Positions 56,250 through 64,000 of a stretch of DNA of 64,000 bases are shown in pieces. Location of the stretch: the NCBI GenBank assembly GCA_036732045.1, contig DAINDD010000002.1, positions 16,089-80,088 on the forward strand, read 5' to 3'. How positions within the stretch are numbered: position 1 is the first letter of the stretch; every line of letters starts with the position of its first letter. The notes beneath the pieces were generated by a model. It did not search any database and was not told where the DNA came from. It saw nothing but the letters and a program-made list of their open reading frames with translations. Source of the stretch: Chloroflexota bacterium (lineage in GTDB: Bacteria > Chloroflexota > Dehalococcoidia > SM23-28-2 > RBG-16-64-32). The position numbers were made by a program, and so were the translations under genes.

Positions 56250-56861
56250 CTAAGATGCCGCCGGCGTCAGATAGCCGGGGCGGTGCTTCTCGAAGTCCGA
56301 GATCTCGTCGCCGATCTGCAGAGTCGCCCCGATCTCGTCGAGCCCCTCCAGCAGCCGCTTCCGGACGAAGGGGTCGATCTCGAACGTCTCCTCGAACCCT
56401 TCGGAGTCATACAGCGTTTGTGCCTCAAGGTTCACCGTCAGGCGGTAGCCGGGCTTGCGTTCGGCGCGGCGGATGATCTCCTGCACCTGCTCCTCGGGGA
56501 GCACGACGGGCAGCATGCCGTTCTGGATGCAGTTGTTGTTGAAGATGTCCGCGAACGACGATGCGATAAGCACCGTGAACCCCATCTCCCGCAGGGCCCA
56601 CGGCGCGTGCTCCCGAGACGACCCGCAGCCGAAATTGCGCCCGGTGACAAGAATCTCCGCGTGCTGGTACTTCGGGTTGTTGAGCTCGAAGCCGGGGTTG
56701 GGCGAGCCGTCCGGCAGGTAGCGCCAGTCGTAGAATGCGAACTCCCCGAAGCCCGTCCGCTCAATGCGCTTCAGGAACTGCTTGGGGATGATCTGGTCCG
56801 TATCGACGTTCGGCCTGTTGAGCGGCGCAACGATGCCGGAGACTTTCTTCAGCGGCTCCAT
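56250..56861 (-). CDS. leuD: 3-isopropylmalate dehydratase small subunit (LeuD/aconitase swivel domain)
   Basis: GRNFGCGSSREHAPWAL signature. Start at internal MEPLKK. Confidence 0.8.
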   Translation of the reverse strand: MEPLKKVSGIVAPLNRPNVDTDQIIPKQFLKRIERTGFGEFAFYDWRYLPDGSPNPGFELNNPKYQHAEILVTGRNFGCGSSREHAPWALREMGFTVLIASSFADIFNNNCIQNGMLPVVLPEEQVQEIIRRAERKPGYRLTVNLEAQTLYDSEGFEETFEIDPFVRKRLLEGLDEIGATLQIGDEISDFEKHRPGYLTPAAS

Positions 56862-57012
56862 GGTGGTTCCTCGTGCAACTTGGGTGGTTGGTTGTGCAAG
56901 ACCCATTATAAGGTGCGCCGTGGACAACCCGCCCAGAGCCCGCCGAAGGCGGAGCGAAGGGCCTGTCCACGTAGACTGTTTGCCGCAACGAAACGGAACC
57001 GGGACTCTGCAG

Positions 57013-57315
57013 ATGAGAACGACCCAGCACTACGTCTACATCGCCACTAACCACTCAGGCACGCTCTACACAGGAATGACAAGCGACCTTGAGCACCGTC
57101 TCGCGCAACACCGCGCGGGATTGTCACATTTCACGGCAAAGTACCGGATTGGGCGGCTGCTGTACTTCGAGGTAGCAGCTGATCGATACACGGCTCTGGA
57201 ACGCGAGTGGGCGATCAAGCGTTGGAATCGGGCCAAGAAGCTCGCGCTTGTCCGAAGCGTCAATCCGAGGCTGCGAGACTTGAGCCGCGATCTTGGATAT
57301 GCCCTTGGTCCGTGA
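57013..57315 (+). CDS. GIY-YIG nuclease-family small protein (COG2827 type), intact
   Basis: HYVYIATNHSGTLYTGMTSDLEHRLAQH...REWAIKRWNRAKKLALV...NPRLRDL. Paralog of the frameshifted copy at 49164-49486. Confidence 0.8.
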   Translation: MRTTQHYVYIATNHSGTLYTGMTSDLEHRLAQHRAGLSHFTAKYRIGRLLYFEVAADRYTALEREWAIKRWNRAKKLALVRSVNPRLRDLSRDLGYALGP

Positions 57316-57551
57316 GACAGGACGGCTGACGAGACGCCTCCTATGGTTCCTGGCGTTGCTACGTCGTGGCCTGCCCGATGTGATGGCAGAGTCCCGCGAT
57401 GAATGACTCTTGGGCAACGAGTTCTGGGACAGGCCCTTCGTTCCGCCTCGCGGCGGACTCAGGGCGGGTAGCCGACCGCGTCGAGTCATCCGGACAGGTC
57501 CTTGGCTATGCTCGAGAACGACAGATGGCCGCCGTGTATCATTGATCCTGC

Positions 57552-58502
57552 GTGCCTGATCTGTCGATCGACCTTGTTCCCGGCGGCAAGCGCAGCCTGG
57601 CGCTGCGCAATCCGGTGATGACGGCGTCCGGCACCTTCGGTAACGGGCTTGAATACGCCCGCATCTTCGACATCCAGCGGCTCGGGGCCATCATCTCCAA
57701 GGCGATCACGCGCAAGCCGCGCAAGGGCAACGTTCAGCCGCGGATCGCTGAGACGGCGGCCGGCATGATCAACTCGATCGGCCTGCAGAACATCGGCATC
57801 GAGGCGATCCTCAAGGACGTCGCGCCGATCTGGGCGACATGGGAAGTGCCAGTGATTGCCAACATCGCCGGCGAGACGTTGAACGACTACGCGGAGCTCG
57901 CGGCGCGGCTGGACGGCGTCGCCGGCGTCTCCGGGCTCGAGATGAATATCAGCTGCCCGAACGTCGAAAGCGGGATGGAGTTCGGAGTCGATCCGCGCGC
58001 CGCCGCCGAGGTAACGGCGGCCGCCCGGCGTCAGAGCGGGCTGCCGCTCATCGTCAAGCTCACGCCGAACGTGAACGACATCGTTGGCATCGCGGAAGCG
58101 GTAGCGGACGCCGGTGCCGACGCACTCACTCTCATCAACACCTATCCGGCGATGAAGATCGACGTACGCACGCGGCGGCCGGCGCTCGGCTGGGGCTCCG
58201 GCGGGCTGTCCGGCCCTGCGCTCAAGCCGATCGCGATCCGCCTCGTCTACCAGCTCGCGCGCGCGGTTAGCGTCCCGATCATCGGCTGCGGTGGCATCAC
58301 GACCGGCGAGGACGCCGTCGAGTTCCTGATGGCCGGGGCCTCGGCAGTACAAGTCGGCACAGCCACGTTCACGAACCCGCGCGCCTGCCTTGACGTGCTG
58401 GAAGGTGTCGAGGCGTTCATGCGCGACACCGGCGTGGAGCGCGTGGGGGAGTTGATCGGCGCGGCGCTGCCGGACGTAGCGATGATGCCGGCCCCGGGCT
58501 AG
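57552..58502 (+). CDS. pyrD: dihydroorotate dehydrogenase catalytic subunit (class 1-type PyrD)
   Basis: NISCPN active-site Cys region, GGLSG, and GCGGI FMN-binding motifs. Confidence 0.9.
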   Translation: MPDLSIDLVPGGKRSLALRNPVMTASGTFGNGLEYARIFDIQRLGAIISKAITRKPRKGNVQPRIAETAAGMINSIGLQNIGIEAILKDVAPIWATWEVPVIANIAGETLNDYAELAARLDGVAGVSGLEMNISCPNVESGMEFGVDPRAAAEVTAAARRQSGLPLIVKLTPNVNDIVGIAEAVADAGADALTLINTYPAMKIDVRTRRPALGWGSGGLSGPALKPIAIRLVYQLARAVSVPIIGCGGITTGEDAVEFLMAGASAVQVGTATFTNPRACLDVLEGVEAFMRDTGVERVGELIGAALPDVAMMPAPG

Positions 58503-58641
58503 GAACCTTGAAACTTCGCGACACACTACGTTCTCTTGTCCAGCCGGAGCCATCACAGCCTCAGCTAAATCCCGGCGAGAGCCTCATTGCGGAAGACGGT
58601 GTGACCTTCTCGCGGGCTACTTCGGCGCAAGGACGGGGAGG

Positions 58642-58917
58642 TTGTATTTGACTAACGAACGACTAATGTGGCATGAACCGGGACGCCGCCTCTGGCCATT
58701 CAAGGCGCGGTGCGGCCAAATCAACCTATTTGACGTGCGCCGTGTAGGATCCAACGGGTTCATCGGATGGATTCTCGGCGGTAGACGCCTGAAGGTTTGG
58801 GCGTCCAATGGCAAGACGTATTTGTTTTGGCCGGGTTGGGCTTCCCTACAAGTTTGGGTTGAAGCGGTTCGAGAGGGCAGCGAAAAAGCCCGCGCGATGG
58901 GACTACGGCGTGGGTGA
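58642..58917 (+). CDS. hypothetical small protein
   Basis: 91 aa, Trp-rich. GGGGAGG upstream of a non-ATG start. Confidence 0.3.
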   Translation: MYLTNERLMWHEPGRRLWPFKARCGQINLFDVRRVGSNGFIGWILGGRRLKVWASNGKTYLFWPGWASLQVWVEAVREGSEKARAMGLRRG

Positions 58918-59602
58918 CCTCACGGTAGTCCACAGCTCCGACCTGCACATCGACGGCCGTCATTCGGAGGCTTTCCACCCGCTGTGCAAGGTGCTGGACG
59001 CCGCCCGCCGCGGACGCGCGGACGTACTGTTGCTGGCCGGCGACATCTTCGACCACAACCGGCTGCCGCTGGCGCAGATCGACCGCGCGGCGCGGCTGCT
59101 GGACGACGCTGGCTTCCCGGTGGTCATTCTGCCGGGCAACCACGATTGCCTGGCGCCGGACTCGGTCTACCGGCGCGGCGGCGTGGCCGAGGTGCCGGGG
59201 GTGCACGTCCTCGGCGTCAGCAGCGAGGAGGCGTTTGCCTGGCCGGAGCGAGATCTCGAGGTCTGGGGGCGCCCGCACCTTGACTACGCGGACTACTCTC
59301 CGCTGGCGGAGCCTCGGCCTCGTACTACACGCTGGCAGATCGCGATGGCGCACGGCCACTGGGTCCGCGCCGACGCCGACCGGCACCGAAGCTGGCTCAT
59401 CCATTCGGATGACATCGCCGCGACCCGGGCAGACTACGTCGCCCTCGGCCACTGGCCCGCGCCCGGCCCTGCCGGCGACGGGCGTGTGCCGGCCTACTAC
59501 TCTGGTTCGCCGGACCTGGCGCAGACCGTGAACGTAGTGCGCCTCAGCGACGGCGGCGGCGTGGAAGTGACTCGGGCGCAGCTCTCGGCCGATTCGGCAT
59601 AA
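58910..59602 (+). CDS. metallophosphoesterase (calcineurin-like)
   Basis: DLTVVHSSDLHID, LLAGDIFD, and ILPGNHD motifs. Start uncertain (GTG 58910 or ATG 58808). Confidence 0.75.
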   Translation: MGDLTVVHSSDLHIDGRHSEAFHPLCKVLDAARRGRADVLLLAGDIFDHNRLPLAQIDRAARLLDDAGFPVVILPGNHDCLAPDSVYRRGGVAEVPGVHVLGVSSEEAFAWPERDLEVWGRPHLDYADYSPLAEPRPRTTRWQIAMAHGHWVRADADRHRSWLIHSDDIAATRADYVALGHWPAPGPAGDGRVPAYYSGSPDLAQTVNVVRLSDGGGVEVTRAQLSADSA

Positions 59603-59651
59603 GCGAAGGCCCTCGCGCAAGGCGAGGGACTTCGTCGGGTTGCGTGTTCGA

Positions 59652-59957
59652 CTAAACGGCTAGCTGGTGCTGGCCGGTGCGAGACGACGCGGCCATCTCG
59701 TCGTCGTCCGGCGTCTTTGGCCCGGAGCGGACACCCCGCCACGGGCTGTAGCCGCTGCCGGAGTCATTGTCCCAAACGTAGTCGCTGGTGGAATTGCGGA
59801 ACTCGCGCTCCTCGCCACAGATCTTGCACTGACCGGCGCTGAGTGCGCCGCGCGGCGACTCGATGATCCAATGGTGCTGGCAAGTCGGCTCATCGCTGAC
59901 GACCGGCGTCTCGACCGCTATTGTTTTTCGTTTCTCTGCTACCTGGCTCTTGCCCAT
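59652..59957 (-). CDS. hypothetical zinc-ribbon protein
   Basis: CQHH...CKICGEE. GGAGG 8 nt upstream of the ATG at 59957. Confidence 0.45.
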   Translation of the reverse strand: MGKSQVAEKRKTIAVETPVVSDEPTCQHHWIIESPRGALSAGQCKICGEEREFRNSTSDYVWDNDSGSGYSPWRGVRSGPKTPDDDEMAASSRTGQHQLAV

Positions 59958-60123
59958 CTCACTCAAACCTCCGTTACTTGCTCAGAAAGATGGCTTTCAT
60001 ACGGAATACGTTACAGAGTCTGGATGAGGATTCGATTAAAGGCAGGTTTCTACTTTATTTACTGCGCAATCCTCACGTCTGGCTGTGTATACTTATTAAC
60101 GGGCCTCAAGGCAAAAAGTTTCC

Positions 60124-60825
60124 ATGCAAACGACGAAAGAGAACATCCTCGCCTATCTCAAACGCGGTGGCGGCTGCAGCATCGACGCGCTCGCCCGCGA
60201 GTTCGGGCTGGCCAAGATGACGATTCGCCAGCACCTGGCCGCGCTCGAGCGTGACCACTTCGTCGTCTCGCGGGAAGAGCGCCGCAAGACTGGCCGCCCG
60301 CATCTGCTCTATCGCCTGACCGAGAGCGGCGAAGAGCTCTTCCCACGCCGTTACGAGCGCCTGGCTGAGCTCGCGCTGGAGGAAGTCGCCTTTCTTGACG
60401 CGGACGAGATCGCCGGCCTGTCGCCGGTCGACAAGAAGCGCCTGCTGTTGATGAAGATGGCCGAGCGAGTCTTTCGCGATCACGAGTCGAAGGTGCGAGA
60501 GAAGCTGCTGCCGGACCGTGTGCAGATCGTGACGGACATCCTGCGCGAAGAGGGCGGCTTCGCGGACTGGAAGGCCAACGAAGACGGATTCGAGATCGCC
60601 GACCACAACTGTGCTTACCGGCGCGTCGTGGACACTCACCCGGACCTCTGCGACTGGCATCTCTCGCTGCTCGGGAGGTTGCTCGGCACGGAAGTGGAGT
60701 GTCGCCAGTTCATCCGCGAGGGCGCCGATGCCTGCCGGTTCCTGGTGAAAGACGAAACAGGCGCCGCCGAGACTGCGGCGCCGCCAACCGACGCCCTTGT
60801 CGCAGGAAGGAAAGCCCGCCCGTGA
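60124..60825 (+). CDS. winged-helix transcriptional regulator (ArsR/SufR-like) with a C-terminal Cys-containing domain
   Basis: N-terminal wHTH (ILAYLKRGGGCSIDALAREFGLAKMTIRQHLAALE). C-terminal Cys residues (CAYRR...CDWH...C). Confidence 0.6.
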   Translation: MQTTKENILAYLKRGGGCSIDALAREFGLAKMTIRQHLAALERDHFVVSREERRKTGRPHLLYRLTESGEELFPRRYERLAELALEEVAFLDADEIAGLSPVDKKRLLLMKMAERVFRDHESKVREKLLPDRVQIVTDILREEGGFADWKANEDGFEIADHNCAYRRVVDTHPDLCDWHLSLLGRLLGTEVECRQFIREGADACRFLVKDETGAAETAAPPTDALVAGRKARP

Positions 60826-61913
60826 CCAACGCCACCGAGACAACGCGCGAGGCAGTCCTCGCCGCGCTGAGCCAGATCCAGGACCCGGACCTGCACCGGG
60901 ACATCGTCTCGCTGGGGTTCGTGCCGGACGACGGCATCAAGGTCTGCGGCGACAGCATCTCCGTGCGCATCGTCCTGACCACGCCGGCCTGCCCGGTGCG
61001 GGAGGAGATGAAGACTCAGGCTGAAGGGTTGCTGCTGGCCCTTCCGGGCGTCGCTCATGCAGAAGTGCAGATGGATGCCACCGTGCGCTCAACCGGCGTG
61101 GGACGCGGCCCGAAGGTGATCCCGGGCGTGCGCAACATCATCGCCGTCGCCTCCAACAAGGGCGGCGTCGGCAAGTCCACGGTCGCCGTCAACCTGGCAA
61201 TCGCCCTGCGGAAGTTCGGCGCGCGCGTGGGGTTGCTCGACGCGGACATCACCGGACCCAACGTGCCGACTATGCTCGGCCTGGAGGTCGGCTTCCAGGC
61301 GGATACCGGGCTTGCCATCGTCGAAAGGTACGGCATCGACGTTGCTTCGCTGGGCTTTGTGCTGAAGCGCGGGCTGCCCGTCGTCTGGCGCGGGCCGATG
61401 ATCGGCACCGGCGTGCGACAGCTCATGCACGACCTGCCGTGGGCGCAGGACGGCGAGCTGGACTATCTCGTGCTGGACCTGCCGCCCGGCACGAGCGACG
61501 CCTCGATGAGCGCGGCCGGCGAGGCGCCGATAGCCGGAGCCGTGATCGTGACGACGCCTAATGCGGTCTCGGTTGAAGACGCCACGAAGGCCGTGACGAT
61601 GTTCGAGAAGCTGAGCGTGCCGGTCTTTGGGCTGATCGAGAACATGAGCTACTTCATCTGCCCCCACTGTGGCGAGCGCACGGAGATCTTCGGGCATGGC
61701 GGCGGCTTGGCGATGGCCGACGAACTCGGCATCGACTTCCTGGGCGAGATTCCGCTCCAGGCGGACGTCCGCGCCGCCTCCGACCGGGGCGTCCCGACCG
61801 TCGAGAGCGACCCCGGTTCGCCGGTCGCGCAGGCGTTCTCAGCGATCGCGCAGCGCGTCGCCGCGAAGACCAGCGTCCAGCATTTCTTCGCTGAGTCCGC
61901 CGCCAGCGCTTAG
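60822..61913 (+). CDS. apbC: Mrp/ApbC/NBP35-family Fe-S cluster carrier ATPase with an N-terminal DUF59 (MIP18) domain
   Basis: IAVASNKGGVGKST P-loop, CPHC cluster-ligand motif. GTG start overlaps the upstream stop. Confidence 0.9.
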   Translation: MTNATETTREAVLAALSQIQDPDLHRDIVSLGFVPDDGIKVCGDSISVRIVLTTPACPVREEMKTQAEGLLLALPGVAHAEVQMDATVRSTGVGRGPKVIPGVRNIIAVASNKGGVGKSTVAVNLAIALRKFGARVGLLDADITGPNVPTMLGLEVGFQADTGLAIVERYGIDVASLGFVLKRGLPVVWRGPMIGTGVRQLMHDLPWAQDGELDYLVLDLPPGTSDASMSAAGEAPIAGAVIVTTPNAVSVEDATKAVTMFEKLSVPVFGLIENMSYFICPHCGERTEIFGHGGGLAMADELGIDFLGEIPLQADVRAASDRGVPTVESDPGSPVAQAFSAIAQRVAAKTSVQHFFAESAASA

Positions 61914-62046
61914 CCAGGCCCGGAGGAGCGCTTTCAGCTTAGCCGCGGCGAAGCGCCGTTTCACGGCGTCCGTAACATGGCCTTAATGTAGATGCAACAT
62001 TCCCGCAATCGGTAGGTAACCGTGGCTTCCTATTGTCGATCCCAGG

Positions 62047-62418
62047 ATGTCTAGCATCACGCTCGGCAACGTGACGATAGATCGAGACCGGTTCGAAGTC
62101 TGGATCGATGTTCACCGCGTCGACCTCACGTTCTCTGAATTCGAACTCCTGTACACGCTGGCCAAGAGCGCAGGCAAAGTCGTCGCCCGCTCAAAGCTGA
62201 TGGAGCTCGTTTGGAACGAGCCGTCGCGGGGACAAGACCGAAAGCTGACGGTGCACATGTCTCGCCTACGCAAAAAGATGCACGGCAGCAGGCCCTGGCA
62301 CATTGAAACGATCACAAAGCGCGGCTATGCCCTGGCGGGTGACAAGAAGGTTGGATCGGACAGGGCCCCGCACCGGGGCGGACCGCGACCTACCCCGCGG
62401 CTCGGCGGGCTGGCCTGA
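62047..62418 (+). CDS. stand-alone OmpR/PhoB-type winged-helix DNA-binding domain protein (no receiver domain)
   Basis: trans_reg_C-like LTFSEFELLYTLAKSAGKVVARSKLMELVW...VHMSRLRKK. Confidence 0.55.
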   Translation: MSSITLGNVTIDRDRFEVWIDVHRVDLTFSEFELLYTLAKSAGKVVARSKLMELVWNEPSRGQDRKLTVHMSRLRKKMHGSRPWHIETITKRGYALAGDKKVGSDRAPHRGGPRPTPRLGGLA

Positions 62419-62534
62419 TGCCGAACTTGGCCAGGGCCAGCCCGGCGTAGGACTGGCCCCAAAAATCGCAACGACAATCGATCGAACAGCGGGGGATAGC
62501 GGGCTCGAAAGACACTCCGCAGGAGGGAAGGAAA

Positions 62535-64000
62535 ATGGGAACCTCATTCACTGGGCTGCAGAAGCTAGTAGCCCTGTCACTCATAACTCTGGTCGCTCTG
62601 ATAGCGGTCTCACAGTTCACCAAAGGTGACGCGTCGGGCACCGCGACGGGGACCGCCTCAGACGCGGCCACGTTCTCGGGCAACGGCGGCACCGGGTTCA
62701 CAGACCCGAACTGTGCGTTGAACGGCACCACTCCGCCGACAGACGTCGGCGGCGCCGTGCAGCAGTGTTCGCAGCAAGATCCAGGACAGCTCGCGACACA
62801 AGTGGGTCACGACAAGATCGCGCTCAACTTCACGTGGCTCTTGATCATGGGCTCCTTCGTGCTCTTTATGCAGGCAGGCTTCGCTCTCCTGACTACGGGA
62901 CTGACGCGGGCCAAGAATGCCGGCCACATGATGATGCTGAACTTTGCAGCGTTTGTGATCGCCTGGATCGCCTACTTCGCGGTCGGCTTCGCCTTCCAGT
63001 TCGGAGGCGCGGCGATAAACGCGGCGCCAGGCAACTTAGGCGGCGCGATGGTGCTGGGCCATCTGTTACAGGTCTCGGGCAGCCATTGGGGCCTGCTCGG
63101 GCTGCACGGCTTCTTCCTGCAGTCGGGCCACACTTATGACGTTGGCGCTCTCGCCCTCTTCTTCTTCGAAGTCGTCTTCATGGAGACGGCGGGGTACATC
63201 ATCGTTGGCGCGATCGCCGAGCGGATCAACTTCAAGACGTTCATCCTGGCCGAGCTGGCAATCGGCGGCATCATCTATCCGATCTATGGGAACTGGCTGT
63301 GGGGAGGAGGTTGGCTTTCCCAGATCGGGAGCAGTATGAGCCTGGGCCACGGCGCGGTCGACTTCGCGGGATCCGGCGTCGTGCACTCGATCGGTGGCTG
63401 GACGGCGCTATCGCTCGCAATACTCCTTGGCCCGCGCCTCGGTAAGTTCAATAAGGACGGCAAGCCCAACGCCATTCCCGGTCACAGTATCCCGTTCGTT
63501 GTGGTTGGGACGTTCATCCTGCTCTTCGGCTGGATGGGGTTCAATCCGGGGTCGACGCTTGGCTCGTCGGACCTGCGCATCTCCGTAATCATCGAGAACA
63601 CGGCAACGGCCTCGGTCTTTGGGGCGGCAGCCGCGATGGCTTACACGGCCTTCAGGTACGGCAAACCTGACATCTCGATGTCCTGTAATGGCATGTTAGC
63701 GGGGTTGGTCGCGATCACGGCGCCGTGCGCCTTCGTCGCGCCGTACGCCGCGGCGATCATCGGAGGCGTCGCGGGCCTGCTTGTCTGCATCAGCGTTTGG
63801 TTCTGGGACAACGTGGCTCACGTCGACGACCCCTGCGGCGCGGTTTCCGTGCACGGCGTCTGCGGCGCCTGGGGAGTTATCGCCGTAGGCCTGTTCGCCG
63901 ACGGCACCTACGGAGCTAGCTGGAATGGCATCAGTGGCAACGTATCCGGCCTCTTTTATGGAGACGCCGGGCAACTCGGCGCGCAAGCCATCAGCGTCGT
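62535..64000 (+). CDS. amt: ammonium transporter (Amt family); 3' end runs off the window
   Basis: AGGAGGGAAGG RBS. Amt signatures (FMQAGFALLTTG, VDFAGSGVVH, FGWMGFNPGS). No stop within the window. Confidence 0.85.
   Translation, partial: MGTSFTGLQKLVALSLITLVALIAVSQFTKGDASGTATGTASDAATFSGNGGTGFTDPNCALNGTTPPTDVGGAVQQCSQQDPGQLATQVGHDKIALNFTWLLIMGSFVLFMQAGFALLTTGLTRAKNAGHMMMLNFAAFVIAWIAYFAVGFAFQFGGAAINAAPGNLGGAMVLGHLLQVSGSHWGLLGLHGFFLQSGHTYDVGALALFFFEVVFMETAGYIIVGAIAERINFKTFILAELAIGGIIYPIYGNWLWGGGWLSQIGSSMSLGHGAVDFAGSGVVHSIGGWTALSLAILLGPRLGKFNKDGKPNAIPGHSIPFVVVGTFILLFGWMGFNPGSTLGSSDLRISVIIENTATASVFGAAAAMAYTAFRYGKPDISMSCNGMLAGLVAITAPCAFVAPYAAAIIGGVAGLLVCISVWFWDNVAHVDDPCGAVSVHGVCGAWGVIAVGLFADGTYGASWNGISGNVSGLFYGDAGQLGAQAISV

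Noticed and set aside
57486-58556. 356-aa minus-strand ORF
   Set aside because: Antisense to pyrD, which has clear DHODH motifs. The translation is Arg/Asp/Ala-rich.
33416-58700. Exact nucleotide positions of the frameshifts (HicB-like, GIY-YIG, UbiA, DUF1003) and some start codons (for example 58642)
   Set aside because: In two places the ORF-track translations imply one G fewer or one A more than I read, showing that I cannot count homopolymer runs reliably. Frameshift existence is taken from the ORF track (split frames or absent ORFs), but exact indel sites are not asserted.
1-64000. CRISPR arrays, rRNA genes, integrases, transposases, or prophage structural genes
   Set aside because: None found. 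The only regular short repeats are the 56-bp tandem repeat and the roughly 220-bp GIY-YIG/hmgL units, neither with CRISPR-like repeat-spacer periodicity. The tRNA islet lacks an integrase.

Overview
A 64-kb, high-GC (about 65-70%) bacterial chromosomal window. It looks like a monoderm or Chloroflexi/Actinobacteria-like organism: GGAGG ribosome-binding sites, an LPXTG sortase substrate, an F420-type luciferase-like monooxygenase, and a DesA-type acyl-ACP desaturase. Most of it is ordinary housekeeping content: leucine-catabolism and fatty-acid genes (two acyl-CoA dehydrogenases, methylcrotonyl-CoA carboxylase alpha and beta subunits, methylglutaconyl-CoA hydratase, HMG-CoA lyase, crotonases, two tandem aldehyde dehydrogenases), three two-component systems, a GGDEF protein, pyrD, leuD, apbC, and amt. 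These are the parts that stand out. (1) A minus-strand NurA-HerA-SbcD end-resection/nuclease operon at the left edge. (2) A polysaccharide or glycolipid locus (14.5-21.6 kb) that resembles the Arn (aminoarabinose) pathway: DegT aminotransferase, two SDR epimerase/dehydratases, a GT2 fused to a large polytopic membrane domain, and an MFS transporter fused to a CE4 (NodB) deacetylase. It is followed by decayed UbiA and DUF1003 genes. (3) An ECF sigma/anti-sigma pair driving a three-gene envelope module: LPXTG-anchored DUF4331 protein, TPR membrane protein, and an RcnA/NicO-like metal permease with an extra N-terminal domain. (4) A 1.1-kb islet at a tRNA-Met(CAU), bounded by a perfect ~25-bp direct repeat of the tRNA 3' end and carrying only a pentapeptide-repeat/pore-domain gene. 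(5) A repeat-rich decaying patch (47.3-49.8 kb) with tandem duplications of the hmgL 3' end, fragments of a GIY-YIG (COG2827) gene, a frameshifted GIY-YIG copy, an orphan response regulator, and a 56-bp tandem repeat. A second intact GIY-YIG paralog lies at 57.0 kb. There are also a Qnr-like pentapeptide protein, a frameshifted HicB-like remnant, and low-GC ORFans. No CRISPR array, rRNA, integrase or transposase was seen. Caveat: I cannot count homopolymer runs reliably by eye. Frameshift calls are therefore anchored on the supplied ORF track (split frames), and exact indel positions are approximate.
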